Positions 61,207 to 64,000 of a stretch of DNA of 64,000 bases are shown in pieces. The stretch is from positions 96,001 to 160,000 of the forward strand of contig CAWANJ010000009.1 in the NCBI GenBank assembly GCA_963783385.1, written 5' to 3'. Within the stretch, counting starts at the first letter, position 1. Each line of letters begins with the position of its first letter. Made by a program: the position numbers and the translations under genes. This stretch comes from an uncultured Gemmatimonadales bacterium (GTDB lineage: Bacteria; Gemmatimonadota; Gemmatimonadetes; Palauibacterales; Palauibacteraceae). The notes beneath the pieces are model-generated. The model made no database searches, was not told where the DNA came from, and saw only the letters and a list, made by a program, of their open reading frames with translations.

Positions 61207-62432
61207 AGTGTCTGATCTTGACTCCTTATGTCCCGTATCCACTCGACGCGGGAGGTAAGGTTCGAATCTACCACCTTCTCGCGGGCCTAGCGAGACGTCA
61301 TGAGATTAATGTGCTGGCGCTTGACCTGAAGGGCGCAAGCGGGCCAGCCGACCTACGGCGGCTGGAGTCCCTGGGTCTCCGGGCCGAGAAGGCGATCCAG
61401 GTGAGAGGCCGCCTCTCGGCCGTGGGGAGGGCCGTGGCGAGACGTTCGTCCGTCTATAACGCGCTTCACTTCAGCCGCGAATACGCCGCCGCGCTTCGAC
61501 GGAAGCTGAACGAGAGCCGCTTCGACCTTGTTCAGTGTGAATTCCACTACATGGCCCAGTACCGGGACCTCTTTCCCCCGGCCCAACCATGGGTCCTAGA
61601 CGCGCACAACGTGGAGGCTCGTGTGAGCGAGACGCTGGCTCGAGTCGCTGCACGCCGGTGGGACGTCCTCTATCACTTGTATGCGCGCCGAGAGCGCGCT
61701 CGCAAGGGTCGCGAGGAGCGAAGCGCCTGTCGCGCTGCCCACCACGTACTCGCGGTCTCTGAACCCGATCGGCGGCGTCTCCTCGACATGGTGCCGGAGG
61801 CGAGAGTCTCGGTGGCTCCGAACGGAGTCGATACAGCGAGCTTTAGACGTCCGGGAGACGTTCCCGAATCCTTGTTTCCGACCGGAGTCTTTGTCGGAGC
61901 CCTCCGGTATCGTCCGAACAGCGACGCCGTCGAGTGGCTCTGCCGGGATATCCTACCGCGCATCCGACGAGAGATCCCGGACTTTCGATTAGTAGTCGTC
62001 GGAGCCGACGCTCCGCGCCAGATTGAGGACCTGGCCACTGAGGATTCGGCAATCCAGTTGACGGGACGAGTGCCCGACGTGCGGCCCTATCTTGCCAGAG
62101 CCACGGTTGTCCTCGTCCCTTTGAGGGCGGGCAGCGGGACCCGGCTCAAGATCTTGGAGAGTCTCGCTATGGAATCCGCGGTTGTTACGACCGAACTGGG
62201 ATGCGAAGGCATCGAAGTCACGGACGGAGAGGACCTTCTCATTGCCAATACCCCATCTGACTTTGCCGGAAAGGCCATTGAAGTGTGCCGGAATCCGGAA
62301 CTCAGGCACAAGCTAGGGTCGAATGGACGTTGTCTCGTGGAGCGTCGTTACGATTGGGCACAGGCCGTGGACCAGGTCGATCAGATCTGGCGCGAGGTCG
62401 CCGCGCGAAGCGATTCTGCGAGAGCGGTGTGA
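61203..62432 (+). CDS. GT4 glycosyltransferase
   Basis: [33 protein letters not shown]; GTGA overlap; intact. Confidence 0.9.
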   Translation: MKCLILTPYVPYPLDAGGKVRIYHLLAGLARRHEINVLALDLKGASGPADLRRLESLGLRAEKAIQVRGRLSAVGRAVARRSSVYNALHFSREYAAALRRKLNESRFDLVQCEFHYMAQYRDLFPPAQPWVLDAHNVEARVSETLARVAARRWDVLYHLYARRERARKGREERSACRAAHHVLAVSEPDRRRLLDMVPEARVSVAPNGVDTASFRRPGDVPESLFPTGVFVGALRYRPNSDAVEWLCRDILPRIRREIPDFRLVVVGADAPRQIEDLATEDSAIQLTGRVPDVRPYLARATVVLVPLRAGSGTRLKILESLAMESAVVTTELGCEGIEVTDGEDLLIANTPSDFAGKAIEVCRNPELRHKLGSNGRCLVERRYDWAQAVDQVDQIWREVAARSDSARAV

Positions 62433-63523
62433 CCCCCCCAAAGGCCGTGGAGCCTCGCACGTCCCTCGTCCTGACGGTTCGAAACGAAGCCAGCTCGTTG
62501 CCGGCCTTCCTGGCTTCGCTGGATGGACTCGTGTGTGGGCCCAGCGAGGTCATCATCGTCGACGGCGGGTCGACCAATGCGACCATGGACTTGCTGCGTG
62601 AGTTTGTGGCAATGCGACCCTACGTGGGGGTCCTGCAGGCCGACGGTGCCACCATCTCCCAGGGCAGGAACATCGCGATTGGGCAAGCGAGGGAATCCGT
62701 TGTCGCGGTCACGGATGCCGGCACCCTCCTCGCTCCAGACTGGCTTGAGCTCCTGGTGCGGCCGCTGCGTGAAGAGCCCAAAGTGGACGTGGCGGCCGGA
62801 TTCTATGAGGCTGGCGGGGAGACTCGGCTGGAGCGCTGCATCCCCACCATCATCACGCCCAACTCCAGATGAGATCCTCGGACGTTTCTTCCGTCCAGTC
62901 GTTCGATTGCGTTCCGGCGAGAGTGGTGGGAGCGCGTGGGCGGGTATCCTGAGTGGCTGCTCTACTGCGAAGACCTCGTCTTTGATATGGCACTCAGGTC
63001 CGCTGGGGCGCGCTTCGTATTTGTGCCCGAAGCCCGGGTCACCTGGCGGGCACGGTCAACGCTGAGGGCATACGCCCGACAATACTTTCACTATGCGAGG
63101 GGAGATGGGCACGCCCTGCTATGGACGGCTCGACATGGGGTGCGCTACGCCGCATACGCCGCGGGCATCGCACTCCTGATCCTGAGTCCGGGTCAGCCCG
63201 TTTTGCTCCTCGTACTGCTGGCTGGGATTGCCCTCCATCTGGGCAGGTTTGTTCGCCGTGTCTGGAACCGGCAGTGGCGAGGTGGGCTCTTGGATCGTCT
63301 GGTTTGCTATGGGCTTACGGTCCTCGTCGTACCGATCGGCGATATATCGAAGATGCTCGGATACCCGGTGGGTCTGGTCGAGAGGTGGTTGGCTGGTGGC
63401 CCACCCGGGCTGCGTCGGCGGTTCTCGGGGGTCAGCGAAGTGCTGGAGGTCGGTCCGTCCCGGTCGGTTGTCAGGAAGCCGGATCGAGCGGCAGGTCTGA
63501 GTCACAGAAGTGAAGATCGGTGA
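62429..63523 (+). pseudogene. GT2 glycosyltransferase, frameshifted near 62860-62895
   Basis: VDGGST, GRN, TDAG in 62429-62872; VGGYPEW..ED, QYF.YARGDG in 62936-63523. Confidence 0.8.
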
Positions 63524-64000
63524 AGACGTCAGCGTCCGAAGTCAAGTCTGGGTCCGCTAGCGTCGGTGGCGGCGAGGGACTCCGGATCGCGCACGTCCAA
63601 CCGCTCTCCCTAGACCTATTCGGTCACGATGATACGGATTTCGGCACCGGGGCCAAGTACTTCCTGACCCACATCGCGGCGGCCCAGAGACGAGGGGGTG
63701 ACGAGCCGACGGTGCACCTGCTCACGACGGGAGAGCCTAAACGACTTCAAGTTCGGAACGTTGACGTCTACTTCCACCAATGTGTGCAGCCGCCTGCGTG
63801 GCTCGGTGTGCAGAGGCGCTTCGCTCGCCAGATCAGTCCGTCAATGGTGGCCGCTATCCGCTCTGGTTCGGCTGACATAGTCCATTTCCATGGTTGTCGT
63901 TCTATTCAGGTCATGTATGCGTTGGTGGCATGGAGGGCACACCGGGAGGGCCTGCCATTGGTGGCGCAGGACCACGGTCCTCGATCGGTCGGACCGTTCG
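63520..64000 (+). CDS. Probable GT4 glycosyltransferase, runs off the window
   Basis: Open frame from GTG 63520: LRIAHV...DIVHFHG...PLVAQDHG. Confidence 0.7.
   Translation, partial: MKTSASEVKSGSASVGGGEGLRIAHVQPLSLDLFGHDDTDFGTGAKYFLTHIAAAQRRGGDEPTVHLLTTGEPKRLQVRNVDVYFHQCVQPPAWLGVQRRFARQISPSMVAAIRSGSADIVHFHGCRSIQVMYALVAWRAHREGLPLVAQDHGPRSVGPF

Noticed and set aside
63690-63700. Frameshift at the G5 run in the last glycosyltransferase
   Set aside because: Manual translation from 63520 stays open to the window end.
1-64000. CRISPR arrays, rRNA/tRNA genes, transposases, phage or defence genes
   Set aside because: No regularly spaced repeats or matching motifs were seen by eye on either strand.

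Overview
A very GC-rich bacterial window (roughly 70% or more by eye up to ~51.5 kb). Gene content (SusC/SusD pair, Big_2/IPT lipoproteins, KirBac, DUF2203, many exported peptidases) suggests a Gemmatimonadota-like organism; this is inference. Bases 1-51.5 kb hold transporters, exported hydrolases and amino-acid/amine catabolic genes: a divergent ALDH-aminotransferase / enoyl-CoA hydratase-acyl-CoA synthetase-lysine dehydrogenase-like cluster, then a DmpA-permease-SusC/SusD-M1 peptidase-spermidine dehydrogenase-like run. Two paralogous Ig-stalk HExxH metalloprotease lipoproteins lie 40 kb apart. From ~51.5 kb GC drops and a Wzc/Wza exopolysaccharide locus runs off the end, with many frameshifts between 55.5 and 63 kb (assembly error or decay). 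No tRNA, rRNA, CRISPR, integrase or transposase was seen. The best unannotated signals are a 20-aa Arg-rich small ORF with a strong RBS and its own terminator (49323-49385, -), a two-state anti-Shine-Dalgarno structure in the susC leader, and a sigma54-like motif at matching distance upstream of both metalloprotease paralogues. All family calls come from motif recognition by eye; no searches were run.
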